DNA from: an uncultured Nitrososphaerota archaeon
GTDB taxonomy: Archaea; Thermoproteota; Nitrososphaeria; Nitrososphaerales; Nitrosopumilaceae
Assembly (NCBI GenBank): GCA_963824385.1
Contig: CAWGPD010000003.1
Coordinates: 192,001 to 256,000, forward strand
DNA length: 64,000 nt
Reading direction: 5' to 3'
This document shows positions 40,435-50,885 of the stretch, piece by piece. Under the pieces are notes generated by a model. That model was not told the origin of the DNA, ran no database searches, and was given only the letters and a program-made list of their open reading frames with translations. Numbering within the stretch: position 1 is the first letter of the stretch; each line of letters starts with the position of its first letter. Made by a program: the position numbers and the translations under genes.

Positions 40435-41564
40435 ACAAGAGATAAAATTTCATCAATTCTGGCATCTGTCTTAAACCCCGTTGGATTCATACTTGTTTTT
40501 GTAGCCCTTAGTCCAATACCTTGAATTTTTTCTATTATCTTATCTAGAGAAGGTGGCGCCGACTGATTTCTATGTCCGATCTCATCCAAGGTAAAATAGG
40601 AAGGTGCCATGTCTACTTCCTCCTGACACTTTTCTAGGAATGTTACACACGACTTGTCAACCTTCAAGTTCTTTTCTTCTAATATCATTGCGTCCACAAA
40701 ATTCCTGTCATGAAGATTCTCTATCCAAAGAGGTCCTGCAAGTTTTGCCTTTGAATTACAAATATTGCATACATGTTCAATCTCTTGTACAACTTTTCTG
40801 TTACCACAATTATCACAATGTAAAATATATCCCATACAATTTTTGGTATTTGTTCTAACAAGTATTTTGACATAAGCCTTGTAGTAATGCATACTATGTT
40901 GCACAAATAATGGTGCTATCATGATATCCATCCTTCCCGCAACAAGATTCATGCATCCAAGAACAAGTCGTAATGCTATCTCATTTCCATATGTGGTTCT
41001 AACTGGAGTTCCATAGTACTTGCGTTGACATGCTTCTGGAAATATTCCGTGTAATACAGTCAGGTCAGTAGCAGTGACTGACAAGAGCCCTCCATGAAAC
41101 GTAGCTCTGATTGCACAATCAAGATAGCGTGAAGGTGAGCCAAAAGGATCTACATCAACAATTGCACCACGTCCATCTCTTGATGAATGAAGACTCAGAA
41201 ATCTACATGCTTCATTTTCAGAAAACTCACATTTTGTTACTTGATTTAACTTTGCAATACTTTTTCCAATTTCAAGTGCTTGAGTATTTACATCATTTGC
41301 AACAACTTTTTCTATTGAACTGATTTCATTTGCAACTCTTATGCTTCTTGCACCAATCCCAGCAAGTGAATCCAAAAAGATCTTTGGACCCTTAAAATTT
41401 TTAAGAAATGCAGAATATGCTATTATGGAAAAATCTCTACTAATTCTAGCCCTTGGATTAAAAAACGCCGGTTCTTTTGGCGGTGTTTTTTCTGATAATG
41501 ACTCTCTTGGTACTAGAAGCTTTGTACTCCCTTCTGTTATCTCTGCAAGGTCAAACTCCAACAT
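40431..41564 (-). CDS. trm1: tRNA (guanine-26)-N2,N2-dimethyltransferase
   Basis: FFNP, DSLAGIGARSIR, DVDPFGSP, TATD, GPLW; likely start MLEFD at 41564. Confidence 0.95.
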   Translation of the reverse strand: MLEFDLAEITEGSTKLLVPRESLSEKTPPKEPAFFNPRARISRDFSIIAYSAFLKNFKGPKIFLDSLAGIGARSIRVANEISSIEKVVANDVNTQALEIGKSIAKLNQVTKCEFSENEACRFLSLHSSRDGRGAIVDVDPFGSPSRYLDCAIRATFHGGLLSVTATDLTVLHGIFPEACQRKYYGTPVRTTYGNEIALRLVLGCMNLVAGRMDIMIAPLFVQHSMHYYKAYVKILVRTNTKNCMGYILHCDNCGNRKVVQEIEHVCNICNSKAKLAGPLWIENLHDRNFVDAMILEEKNLKVDKSCVTFLEKCQEEVDMAPSYFTLDEIGHRNQSAPPSLDKIIEKIQGIGLRATKTSMNPTGFKTDARIDEILSLV

Positions 41565-41613
41565 TTTGTTATACCTAAAATGATTTAATACATCTAACGC
41601 AAGAATAATCAAA

Positions 41614-42237
41614 ATGCTAGTCTGCGGAGTAGATGACGCAGGTCGAGGTTCAGTCTTAGGTCCGCTTGTTATAGCTGGAATTTCTATTGAACGAAGTAAG
41701 ATTAAATATCTTTCTGCAATTGGTGTCAAGGATTCAAAACAACTTAGTCCAAAATCGCGAGAAAACTTGTATACTCAGATATTGTCTATAGTTGACTCTT
41801 ATTATGTTGCAAAAATTCCTCCAAGAATCATAGATAGGCATGTTAACAAAAATCTGCTAAATCAACTTGAAGCTGACTATATGGCCAAAGTAATAAAAAA
41901 ACTTGGGGCAAGTTCATCATACGTTGACTCATGTGATGTAAATCCAAAACGATTTGGATTATATATCTCAAATATTGCTCGCACTGGAAAAATTATCTCA
42001 AGTCATCATGCTGATAGAAAATATCCCGTAGTCTCTGCAGCATCAATTATTGCCAAAGTAAACAGGGATAGGGAGATTGAAAAACTACGAAAAAATCATG
42101 ATTTGGGAAGTGGATATCCGTCAGACTCTAAAACTATGGGATTTATCAAACAATGGATATCTCAAAATGGTGATGTTCCAGTCTTTGTCAGAAAGAGTTG
42201 GAAACCAATCAAAATATTGCTAAATAAATCATCCTAG
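41614..42237 (+). CDS. rnhB: Ribonuclease HII
   Basis: GVDDAGRG, KDSKQL, VSAASIIAKV, GSGYPSD, RKSW. Confidence 0.96.
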   Translation: MLVCGVDDAGRGSVLGPLVIAGISIERSKIKYLSAIGVKDSKQLSPKSRENLYTQILSIVDSYYVAKIPPRIIDRHVNKNLLNQLEADYMAKVIKKLGASSSYVDSCDVNPKRFGLYISNIARTGKIISSHHADRKYPVVSAASIIAKVNRDREIEKLRKNHDLGSGYPSDSKTMGFIKQWISQNGDVPVFVRKSWKPIKILLNKSS

Positions 42238-42903
42238 GTATTTAACTATAATCATACCATGATCTCCTTCATATGGCTCTAGATTAATCTCCTGAATTAT
42301 CTCAAAGTTTACTGCTAATTTTTTTATCTCTGAACGCATTACTTGAGCTGGTTCTTTTGTAACATCGATACTTCTTGTCTTTACTACAAGCATCATATAC
42401 CCTCCTTTTTTTAGATATGTCTTACAATTTAGTATTGCAATTTCTGTCTGATCTGGCTGGGCAATGTCAACATATACAACATCTACTGGTCCGTACACTG
42501 AAAAATATTCTTTGGGACTACGAGCATCTTGTAAAATTGGAACAATGTTTGATCTAAACGAAGCTACTCTTTCCAAAAAATCTCTTGCGACTCTGCTTGA
42601 ATGCTCCACACCGAAAACAATCCCGCTTGGACCAACAATGTCTGATACGTGGCTTGCAGTAGTTCCTGTGGATACTCCAAGATAGAGAATTTTAGCTTTT
42701 CTTACAATAGGTAAAAACTGAAGACCATTCATTATGGCAGCTCCGAGTTTACTACGATAAGGATCCCATATCCTAAATTCTTCATCATCTATTTTTACTA
42801 ATTTTTCTCTGTAAACTTGATTTCCGGGTACCAGATTTATGGTTGCAAGTCTTTTTTCCCCTTCACTTTTTACCCAAAAAATATTATCTTCTTCGTTTTC
42901 CAA
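42229..42903 (-). CDS. flpA: Fibrillarin-like rRNA/tRNA 2'-O-methyltransferase
   Basis: WDPYRSKLGA, LYLG..TGTTASH, DIAQPDQ; likely TTG start at 42903. Confidence 0.95.
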   Translation of the reverse strand: MENEEDNIFWVKSEGEKRLATINLVPGNQVYREKLVKIDDEEFRIWDPYRSKLGAAIMNGLQFLPIVRKAKILYLGVSTGTTASHVSDIVGPSGIVFGVEHSSRVARDFLERVASFRSNIVPILQDARSPKEYFSVYGPVDVVYVDIAQPDQTEIAILNCKTYLKKGGYMMLVVKTRSIDVTKEPAQVMRSEIKKLAVNFEIIQEINLEPYEGDHGMIIVKYLG

Positions 42904-44174
42904 ACTTTTTTCTCTTGCTCTTCTGCCAGTCGTTTCGCTTGTCTCCATCTCTACCTCCACCATATCTTCTATCTCCCTCTCTGCCGCCTCTACCTCCTCC
43001 TCCAAATCTTCTATCGCGTTGGTCTTCTTGTCTACGTGGCTGGAAAGCTGGTCTTTCTGGCTGGTCTTTGTATTTTACTCCTATCTCAGTGACACGTATG
43101 TTGAGTTTCTCAAGTAATGTGTCATTTCTACCTGCTCCATAGACATCTACTCTTGCAGCAATTGCAGCTTTTGCAGCTATTGCTCTTGCAATTTTGCCTC
43201 TTTGCCATCTTGGAGCAGCATGAACTAATTGATGCTGGAACAACAAACCATGTTTGGGTGGCTGGGCACCTGTTTTGAGTGATTCTAAACAATGCCTTTT
43301 CTGCACCAAGAATTTGAATTGTACTAGCTGGCATCATTGCAAGTCTCTTTAGACTTCCTGCCTTTGCAAGTATTCTTGCTCCAACTGCAGAGCCTAGTAT
43401 GACAGAAATGTTTGGCGCCACTAACTCCATTTGTGACTCGATGTGTTTCTCAAGTGATTGTCTTAATTCAAAAAGTTCTAAAATCTGTTTTGAAATACTT
43501 TGAACTATTGCAAGATTTTCATCTGAGATCTGACCACCTCTACTCTTTTTTTGTAATAGTGATAACATTTCTGCTTTCTCTTCCGGAAAACCAGCCTCAA
43601 GATACGTATTCTGAGTAAGATCATCTCTTCTTCCTGCCGTGACAATTTTTGAATATCCACTTATTGTATCAATTAGATTGTCAAGTTCTGGAAAATGTAA
43701 TCCGTACCACTCTCTTACTCTGGAACTTAGTAAATTAATTATCTTGTCTGTCTCGTCTAAGGTGCTAATTGCCTGAATTATGTGTAAATCTGGACTCTCA
43801 GAAATCTCGGTTACTCTAGATGATGATAAATTGAGTGCAAATTCTCGTAATTTTCCTCTGGCATCTCCTTCATCTGTGGCAAAGCCTGAATCTACAAGGA
43901 CGTGCAATTTTGAAGATTGTATAGTCTCTATCTTCTTCTCATCCATGAGATCTGACTCTATGGATTTTTTTCTCAATAATTTCAACAACGAAGAATCGTT
44001 TACGGTAACAATACTTCCTAAATTGGCAAGAAATTGTTCTAATTCATTAAGATTGATCTGCTCTTTTTTCAAATCTACGTACTGGACTGCAGGATTTGAA
44101 AACGGAAATGATTTTACACATTTATTATCATCAAAAACTGCAACGCCCAACTCTGTTAAAATGACAGAATGCAT
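42884..44174 (-). CDS. nop5: Nop5 (Nop56/58) C/D-box sRNP protein; apparent +1 frameshift at about 43283
   Basis: REWYGLHFPEL, PASTIQILGAEKALFR, corrected SLKTGAQPPKHG, RGKIAR. Confidence 0.95.
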
Positions 44175-44266
44175 AAAGTGCATTTTCATGTCTTACTAAA
44201 AAATGTAACAGTAGGGATTCTAAACCACATCAAACGTTATAAGACTACTATTTTTTATTATTAGAA

Positions 44267-45176
44267 GTGAGTCCTGACATTTCAACCAGTGTAGGTCCCA
44301 TTGTACTTCAAAGACCTACCATGCTTGCTTCTGGTATTCTTGGTATATCGCTTGACGTTTTTGGCCGTCTATATAAAGAAGGAGCAGGAGCACTTGTCAC
44401 AAAATCTCTTAGCAAAGAACCATGGGATGGATATCCAAACCCTACCATAATCGGACTAGGAAATGGATATCTAAATGCAGTAGGACTATCAAATCCTGGA
44501 GACTCCATACTTTGCAAAGATGTTATCATCAAATCAAACTATTCCGATAATTATTAGTCTGGTAGGCTCTATCCCTGAAGACTTTACATTCATGATAAAA
44601 CAATTTGAGAATGTAAAGATTCTAGGATATGAACTTAATCTATCATGTCCTCATGTTGAGAAAGTCGGTCTAGAAGTGGGAGATGATCCAGAACTTGTTC
44701 GCGCTATAATTAAATCCGTAAAAAAAGAATCTAAAGTTCCAGTAATTGCAAAAGTGGGTCTAGGCTCTTCAGACTATCTGAAAACTGTTAGTACTGCATG
44801 TGAGAGTGGAATTGATGGCATAACTGCAATAAATACACTTAGGGCAATGGCAATAGATGTAGAAACGGGAAGACCTTTTCTGAGTCATAAGATAGGTGGA
44901 CTATCTGGACCTCCAATCAAACCGGTTGCAGTACGATGTGTTTATGAAATTTCATCAAAGTTTGATATTCCTATTATTGGGTGTGGTGGAATTTCAACCT
45001 GGGAAGATGCCGTAGAATTTTTACTTGCAGGGGCAAGTGCTGTACAAATTGGTAGCGCTGTTGGGGAAAAATGGACTGGAGTATTCTCTGAAATTAATAA
45101 TGGAATATCAAAGTATATGGAAAGAAAAAACTTTACAAAGATAAAGGAGATGGTTGGGATTGCAAAAAAGTTTTGA
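44267..45176 (+). CDS. pyrD: Dihydroorotate dehydrogenase, catalytic subunit; apparent +1 frameshift at 44502
   Basis: LASG, NAVGLSNPG, ELNLSCPH, AINT, GGLSG, IGCGGI. Confidence 0.95.
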
Positions 45177-45972
45177 TACTCCAAAGATAGTAACAATAGA
45201 AAAAATGGTGGATGAAACTCCCACTGTTCGTACTCTATTCTTTTCTGATGAAACACTATCAAAGGTACTTCCAGGACAATTTGCTATGGTGTGGATACCT
45301 GGCATAAATGAAATTCCTATGAGTGTCATGATATCGCAAGAAAATGGAAAAGCTGCTTTTACAGTAAGAAAACATGGGCTTGCTACAACTGAATTATTTT
45401 CAAAAAGGGTTGGTGATCAAATAGGAATTAGGGGTCCTTATGGTAATTCATTTACTATAAAACAAGGTAAGATACTTCTAGTGGGAGGAGGAACAGGACT
45501 TGTTCCTCTTCTACGACTAGTAACATTTCTCAAGAAAAGTGATGATGTAACTATAATTATGGGCGCAAAAATGCAAGTCGAAGTCTTTTTTGAAAGTCTT
45601 GCAAAAAAACTACTAGCGGGAACTAGACACCAAGTAATTGTTGTAACTGAAGATGGAAGTTATGGTGAAAAAGGTCTTGTTACAGATGTAATAGACAAGT
45701 TGTTGAAATCTGATAAATTTGATGCAATTTACACATGTGGTCCTGAAAAAATGATGTACAAAGTTGTACAGATTGCATCTGAAAACAAGATCTATGTTGA
45801 GGCAAGCATTGAAAGAATGATGAAATGTGGAATTGGAATATGTGGTAGCTGTTGCTTTGGTGATGTAATGGCATGTAAGGATGGTACAGTCTTTGATGGT
45901 CCCTCTCTTCTTGCAAACAAGGAGTTTGGTTTCACTCATAGAAACAAATCGGGCATGATTGAGAACTATTAA
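45154..45972 (+). CDS. pyrK: Dihydroorotate dehydrogenase electron-transfer subunit
   Basis: PGQF, RGPYGN, GGGTG, CGPE, MKCGIGICGSC..C. Confidence 0.95.
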   Translation: MGLQKSFDTPKIVTIEKMVDETPTVRTLFFSDETLSKVLPGQFAMVWIPGINEIPMSVMISQENGKAAFTVRKHGLATTELFSKRVGDQIGIRGPYGNSFTIKQGKILLVGGGTGLVPLLRLVTFLKKSDDVTIIMGAKMQVEVFFESLAKKLLAGTRHQVIVVTEDGSYGEKGLVTDVIDKLLKSDKFDAIYTCGPEKMMYKVVQIASENKIYVEASIERMMKCGIGICGSCCFGDVMACKDGTVFDGPSLLANKEFGFTHRNKSGMIENY

Positions 45973-46026
45973 CGGTGGAACTGTTGGAAAACTTAAAATG
46001 CTCTCAAAAGTCATTGAAATTGAAAA

Positions 46027-47751
46027 TTGGGTCATCCTAAAATCGTATTAACTGCAGATCGTACACTAATGTCTCCCTATCGTGGGATATCTTTAGCAAC
46101 CTTCTTTGGTTGTGCACCTGCAGTAGACCCACACAGACCAAAAAACAGTTTCTGGTATTATATTCTAAAAGATCAAGTTACTCCCAAAGTTCTCTTTGAC
46201 TTTATCTGTAATCCTATAAGCAATACAAATGGTGTTGCAGATTATGCTCCATATGGACTACGTAAAGTAGAAGCCGCTCTTCTAAGAGATGGATACAAAA
46301 GAGAAGATGTTGTAGTAGCACATCCTGATCATGTAGACAAGTTCATCGGTCCTGAAACTCAAGTAGTTGGTACTTATGAAATGGATCCTCTTGGAATGGG
46401 TCCTGTAACTATGACATTTACTTATGGTAGAAAACAGACATCGTATGACGAATTTTACAACCGTGACTTGCATATGAAGATTAATGCTGCAAAGAAGAAA
46501 AACGGAAGTAATGCCAAAGTCATAGCTGGAGCTTCTGGAACTTGGCAGTATAATTATGATCCAAAGAAAATTCAAGAATATGGATTGTATGCAGTACTAG
46601 AAGGAGAACTTGGTGGTATAGCTCCAGAGATAGACGGACATGCTGGAGAATTCTTTAACAAACTTATTGGTGGAGAATTTGAAAACATGAATCCATTTGT
46701 TAAAAGCGATTTCAAAGTTGAGATTAAAGAATTTGGAAAAGACGAAGAAAAATTCCATGGTAGATTTATCCATTACTGGGATGAACCCGGAGTTGATGAA
46801 ATACCAAACATAGTGGAGCCAAGCATGCACGGAATGGTAGAAGTCATGCGAGGTTGTGGAAGAGGTTGCAAGTTTTGTGATGTTACACTAAGACCATTGA
46901 GATACTATTCACCTGAAAAAGTAAAACAAGAGATTCAAGTCAACATAAAGAAAGGAGGACAACGAAATGCATGGCTTCATAGTGATGATATCTTCGTCTA
47001 TGGCCTTGATCCAAGAAAGACAAAGAACATGGCTCCAAACAGAGAAGCATTAGAAGAACTCTTCAAAGCAGTCATGTCATGTGGAATAGAACACACCAAT
47101 CCAACTCATGGTACTTTAGCCGGTGCAATTGCTGATGAAAAATTACTTCCAAACATTTCAAAGATAATCCGTTCAGGTCCAAACAACAAGACTGGAGTTC
47201 AATGTGGATTTGAAACAGGAAGTCTTAGATTAATAGGAAAATATGCTGATAGGAAACTTGCTCCATACAAACCAGAGGAATGGCACTGGGTTGTAAAAGA
47301 AGGGGTAAAAACACTAAACGAGAATCACTGGATTCCTGCTTTTACTCTAATCATGGGTCTTGATAATGCTGAAACTGAAGAGGATGGGTGGGATACAATA
47401 CGCCTCATAAATGAACTAGAACTAGAACAACCCGAATCACAGTTTACGGTAACTCCACTTACATTTGTCCCAATAGGACTACTTGAAAAATCAGAGTTCT
47501 TTGATATTGGAAATGAATTGACTGCTCCACAACTAGGTGTCATGTACAAGACATGGCAACACAACTTCAAGTATGGGATTCAGAAATTCATGGACAAGAC
47601 AGGAAGTAATAATACTTTTAAGAGAAAGGCATTTACTGGCCTTGCAAGAGCTTTGGGTGGTGTTCCATTGAATGCAATGGAGAAATATGCAAGAAGAAAG
47701 GGTCCAGAACACGAGAGAGTAATTGAGACTATCAAGACAAAGTACTGGTAG
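46027..47751 (+). CDS. B12-binding-type radical SAM enzyme, GDGT ring synthase (Grs)-like
   Basis: RGCGRGCKFC; N-terminal IVLTAD, APYGLRKVE, DPLG motifs recalled from Sulfolobus GrsA/GrsB. Confidence 0.75.
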   Translation: MGHPKIVLTADRTLMSPYRGISLATFFGCAPAVDPHRPKNSFWYYILKDQVTPKVLFDFICNPISNTNGVADYAPYGLRKVEAALLRDGYKREDVVVAHPDHVDKFIGPETQVVGTYEMDPLGMGPVTMTFTYGRKQTSYDEFYNRDLHMKINAAKKKNGSNAKVIAGASGTWQYNYDPKKIQEYGLYAVLEGELGGIAPEIDGHAGEFFNKLIGGEFENMNPFVKSDFKVEIKEFGKDEEKFHGRFIHYWDEPGVDEIPNIVEPSMHGMVEVMRGCGRGCKFCDVTLRPLRYYSPEKVKQEIQVNIKKGGQRNAWLHSDDIFVYGLDPRKTKNMAPNREALEELFKAVMSCGIEHTNPTHGTLAGAIADEKLLPNISKIIRSGPNNKTGVQCGFETGSLRLIGKYADRKLAPYKPEEWHWVVKEGVKTLNENHWIPAFTLIMGLDNAETEEDGWDTIRLINELELEQPESQFTVTPLTFVPIGLLEKSEFFDIGNELTAPQLGVMYKTWQHNFKYGIQKFMDKTGSNNTFKRKAFTGLARALGGVPLNAMEKYARRKGPEHERVIETIKTKYW

Positions 47752-47794
47752 GCAATACCCAAATACATAAATTGAATTAAAATAAAGTTCATCC

Positions 47795-47977
47795 GTGCCA
47801 ACTCACGGATCGCTTACTAAAGCAGGAAAAGTAAGAGGACAAACTCCAAAGGTTCCATCACGAGAAAGACATGGAACTATATCCATTACAAGAAACAAAG
47901 ATAATTTTAGAAAAAGATTCATCCTAAAAAGAGTCCCAGGCCAAAACAAGCCAACTCAGAGAAAAAGAAGAAAGTAG
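47795..47977 (+). CDS. rps30e: 30S ribosomal protein eS30
   Basis: MPTHGSLTKAGKVRGQTPK. Confidence 0.97.
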   Translation: MPTHGSLTKAGKVRGQTPKVPSRERHGTISITRNKDNFRKRFILKRVPGQNKPTQRKRRK

Positions 47978-48065
47978 AGCAGTAATTTTAAAAAAATCAT
48001 AGTCTAATTTGATCTTTGGTCAAAAGTTACCTACCTTGTCATTTTAATTCAAAAATTGGCACAAT

Positions 48066-48317
48066 TTGGCCTTGACACTAAATCCGCTTATTTTGTCCAA
48101 AAAGATTGTAATTTTTGAAATATTGGGATTTGTTGTGTTGAGTTTTATTATGTTTTCAGGGTTTGCTTCGTTCAAATCGGCTCTTATTTTAGGAAATACT
48201 CTGTTAGTTCTTCCCACAAGTGGGATATTTATTGCTCTTACAGTATTTGGCTACAAAATAATTGATTTTCTGTTTAAAGGACATTTGGTCCAGTCTTTGT
48301 TACATAAAATAAAATAA
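48066..48317 (+). CDS. Small membrane protein (2 TM)
   Basis: Two hydrophobic segments; T-rich, so could be spurious. Confidence 0.45.
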   Translation: MALTLNPLILSKKIVIFEILGFVVLSFIMFSGFASFKSALILGNTLLVLPTSGIFIALTVFGYKIIDFLFKGHLVQSLLHKIK

Positions 48318-48325
48318 AAAAAATA

Positions 48326-48401
48326 ACAGACTCAATCGATCCATGTTCTAAGGTGGTGACACCCTAAAACATGAACCGTTTCGTGTTCGTATAGAGTCTG
48401 C
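48326..48401 (-). ncRNA. Candidate structured small RNA (about 76 nt, three-way junction)
   Basis: Closing stem GCAGACUC/GAGUCUGU; 14-bp inner stem CAUGUUUUAGGGUG/CACCUUAGAACAUG with two G-U pairs; U-tract immediately 3'. Confidence 0.6.
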
Positions 48402-48543
48402 ATAAATAATTATGAGGTATAGATTCAAAAGATTATGTTTGTTTATTTTGAAATTATTTGATCTGATCTATTACATGGAAAAATCAACAAAAACAACCGA
48501 CAAGGTAAAAGAATCCTACATCCATAAACTTATTAGGTACTCG

Positions 48544-48560
48544 TACCGTACCATACGGTA
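48544..48560. promoter_or_regulatory. Palindrome between the TATA-like box and the radA start
   Basis: TACCGTA-CCA-TACGGTA ending just before ATG 48563. Confidence 0.55.
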
Positions 48561-48562
48561 AG

Positions 48563-49562
48563 ATGGACGATTTAAGATTAGAAAATCTAGATGGGGTAGG
48601 CCCAGTAACTTCCAAGAAGCTAAGTGATGCAGGAATTCATAATATCATGGATCTTGTAATAAGAGGACCAGTGGACATATCAGAAATTACTGGTATGGAT
48701 CTTGATGCTGCTGTAAATCTGGTAAATAAAGCAAGACAACAGCTGAATTGATAACGGTCAAATTGCTAAAGAATTTGTCACTGCAACTGAGATTTACAAA
48801 AGAAGACAAGACATTGGAAAGATCACGACCGGTACTAATGCACTTGATACTCTATTTGATGGAGGAATTGAGACACAAGCCGTAACAGAAGTTTACGGTG
48901 AATTTGGTGCTGGCAAGACACAACTTTGTCACACATTATGTGTAACTGTTCAAAAACCAAAAGAAGAAGGTGGATTGGATGGTGGAGTGTTGTATATTGA
49001 TACAGAACACACATTCAGACCCGAAAGAATTGTTTCAATTGCTAAAGCAAAAGGACTTGATCCAGAAAAAGTTCTTGAACGAATTATAGTAGCAAGAGCA
49101 TACAATAGTGCTCATCAGGAATTAATCCTACAAGAGGCAGGCCCTGTAATTGAAGAGCATAAAATAAAATTACTTGTTGTGGACTCTGCTGTGGGACTTT
49201 TCAGAGCAGAATTTCTTGGCAGAGGAACGCTCTCTGTAAGACAGCAGAGATTGAACAAATTCATGCACTTGCTTTCAAGAACTGCTGAGACGTACAATAT
49301 AGCAGCAATTGCAACAAACCAAGTCCAGTCATCGCCTGATCAGTTCTTTGGTGACCCAACAAGACCTGTTGGAGGAAATGTTGTTGCACATGCTTCAACA
49401 TATCGTGTCTACCTAAAGAAATCAGGTAAGAAGAGAATTGCAAGAATGGTTGACAGTCCGCATCATCCAGAACAAGAGGCTCTCTATACACTAACCGAAG
49501 GTGGTGTTTCAGACCCAGAGGATGAAACAAAGAAGAAAAAGAAAGAAGAGTCTGAAGAATAA
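48563..49562 (+). CDS. radA: DNA repair and recombination protein RadA; apparent +1 frameshift at about 48746
   Basis: HhH N-domain LDGVGP; in the second frame GGIETQAVTEVYGEFGAGKT, YIDTE, FRPER, VVDS, GGNVVAH. Confidence 0.96.
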
Positions 49563-49580
49563 CTGGTCTCATCCTGTCCC

Positions 49581-49625
49581 GTGGATGGAAGTGTCGTACT
49601 TCCATACCTCACTACTTTTCTTTTG
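49581..49625 (+). terminator. Hairpin plus T-tract downstream of radA
   Basis: ATGGAAGT-GTCGT-ACTTCCAT (49585-49605) followed by TTTTCTTTT. Confidence 0.5.
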
Positions 49626-49671
49626 TATCCAGTAAGTGTTAAATTATGGTCATCTCAAGTCTTAGCGATTA

Positions 49672-49974
49672 ATGACTACTAAGAAACCAAAGGGTCGCTC
49701 ACACGGCTTTATGCATAAATCACGATCCGTTATGACCAAGGATAAGGTCAGAGGAGTATCTTTCTTACTTAGAGAGTATGCTGTAGGAGACAAAGTTTTG
49801 GTAATCATAGATCCTTCACAGCACAAAGCATTGCCACATAGAAGATATCACGGTAAAGTGGGAACAGTGACAGAAGCTGGTCGTAGAACAGTAAAACTTA
49901 TAGTTAAACTTGGTAACAGGCCAAAAACCTTAATCACTAGATTAGATCATATCAAACCATTCGGTGTTGTTTAA
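49672..49974 (+). CDS. rpl21e: 50S ribosomal protein eL21
   Basis: GDKV..IDPSQHK.LPHRRYHGKVGTV..HIKP. Confidence 0.96.
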   Translation: MTTKKPKGRSHGFMHKSRSVMTKDKVRGVSFLLREYAVGDKVLVIIDPSQHKALPHRRYHGKVGTVTEAGRRTVKLIVKLGNRPKTLITRLDHIKPFGVV

Positions 49975-49977
49975 AGA

Positions 49978-50304
49978 ATGGAAGAAGTAAAGAAAAAACA
50001 AGGCATTTCTATTCCAGAGGTAAAAGAAATTATGGAAAAAGTTGATACTGAATCAATGGATCAGATACAACGATGGACATATGATTATGTTACCAAATTT
50101 TCAAAAATTGATGCAAAGGCTGCAAAGAAACTCAAGCAGCAACTTGTAAAAGAATGTGGCATACAAGAAGAAGAAGCAGTAGAAATTGTAAATAATCTCC
50201 CAAGTACTGAAGCTGAATTGCGAGCATTTACTTTTGGTTGGAAGAAATTAATTCTTGCCGAAACGCTCGACAAAATGCTAAAGATAATCAAGGAGAATTC
50301 GTAA
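49978..50304 (+). CDS. rpoF: RNA polymerase subunit Rpo4 (F)
   Basis: IPEVKEI..YDYVTKFSK..IVN.LP....ELR; conserved L21e-rpoF-DUF655-ksgA order. Confidence 0.9.
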   Translation: MEEVKKKQGISIPEVKEIMEKVDTESMDQIQRWTYDYVTKFSKIDAKAAKKLKQQLVKECGIQEEEAVEIVNNLPSTEAELRAFTFGWKKLILAETLDKMLKIIKENS

Positions 50305-50323
50305 GTTCAGGAGTACGGTTTTC

Positions 50324-50885
50324 TTGGAACATGCTCAAACTAGAAAGTATGAGGAATACGCATACGTATTAGATTTTGTCACAAGAGGAAAATCCACTAC
50401 TGTTAGAGGTAGGGACGGGATAATAGTTACAGACTCTTGGAGAAGAGAGACTTACAATACTTGAATTGCTAGCAATGCCAAACTCTACCTTTGAGATAGG
50501 GGAACGAGTATACATTGGCAAAGAAGGAAGAACAAAAATCCTCTCAGTTCTTGGTAGACTGGAACATAATCAAATATCATCTTCTGCTCAGAGTGAACTT
50601 AACTCTGTAGTAGAAAAGATCGTATTACAAAATGAAAAAAGATTTGTGGATTATCTTAACAACTCACAACCACTTACTCCAAGAATACATGCACTTGAAC
50701 TCATTCCTGGTATTGGAAAAACCTACATGAAAACAATGTTGGAGGAAAGAGAAAAGAAAAAGTTTACTGACTTTAAAGACTTGCAAGAAAGAGTTGGACT
50801 AAAAGACCCCGCAAAACAGATTGCAAAGAGAATCATCGAAGAGATAACTGGAGAAACAAGGATGAGTCTCTTTGTTAGAAAATGA
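50324..50885 (+). CDS. DUF655-family HhH nucleic-acid-binding protein; apparent +1 frameshift at 50433
   Basis: YEEYAYVLDF in the upstream frame; HALELIPGIGK. Confidence 0.9.

Noticed and set aside
42904..43005. Acidic N-terminal extension of fibrillarin as given in the ORF track
   Set aside because: It is the alternative frame of the Nop5 RGG tail; TTG at 42903 gives a normal-length protein.
27634..49562. Inteins in top6B or radA (and in rtcB at 4671-6123)
   Set aside because: No intein termini or LAGLIDADG motifs; corrected radA and rtcB have normal lengths.
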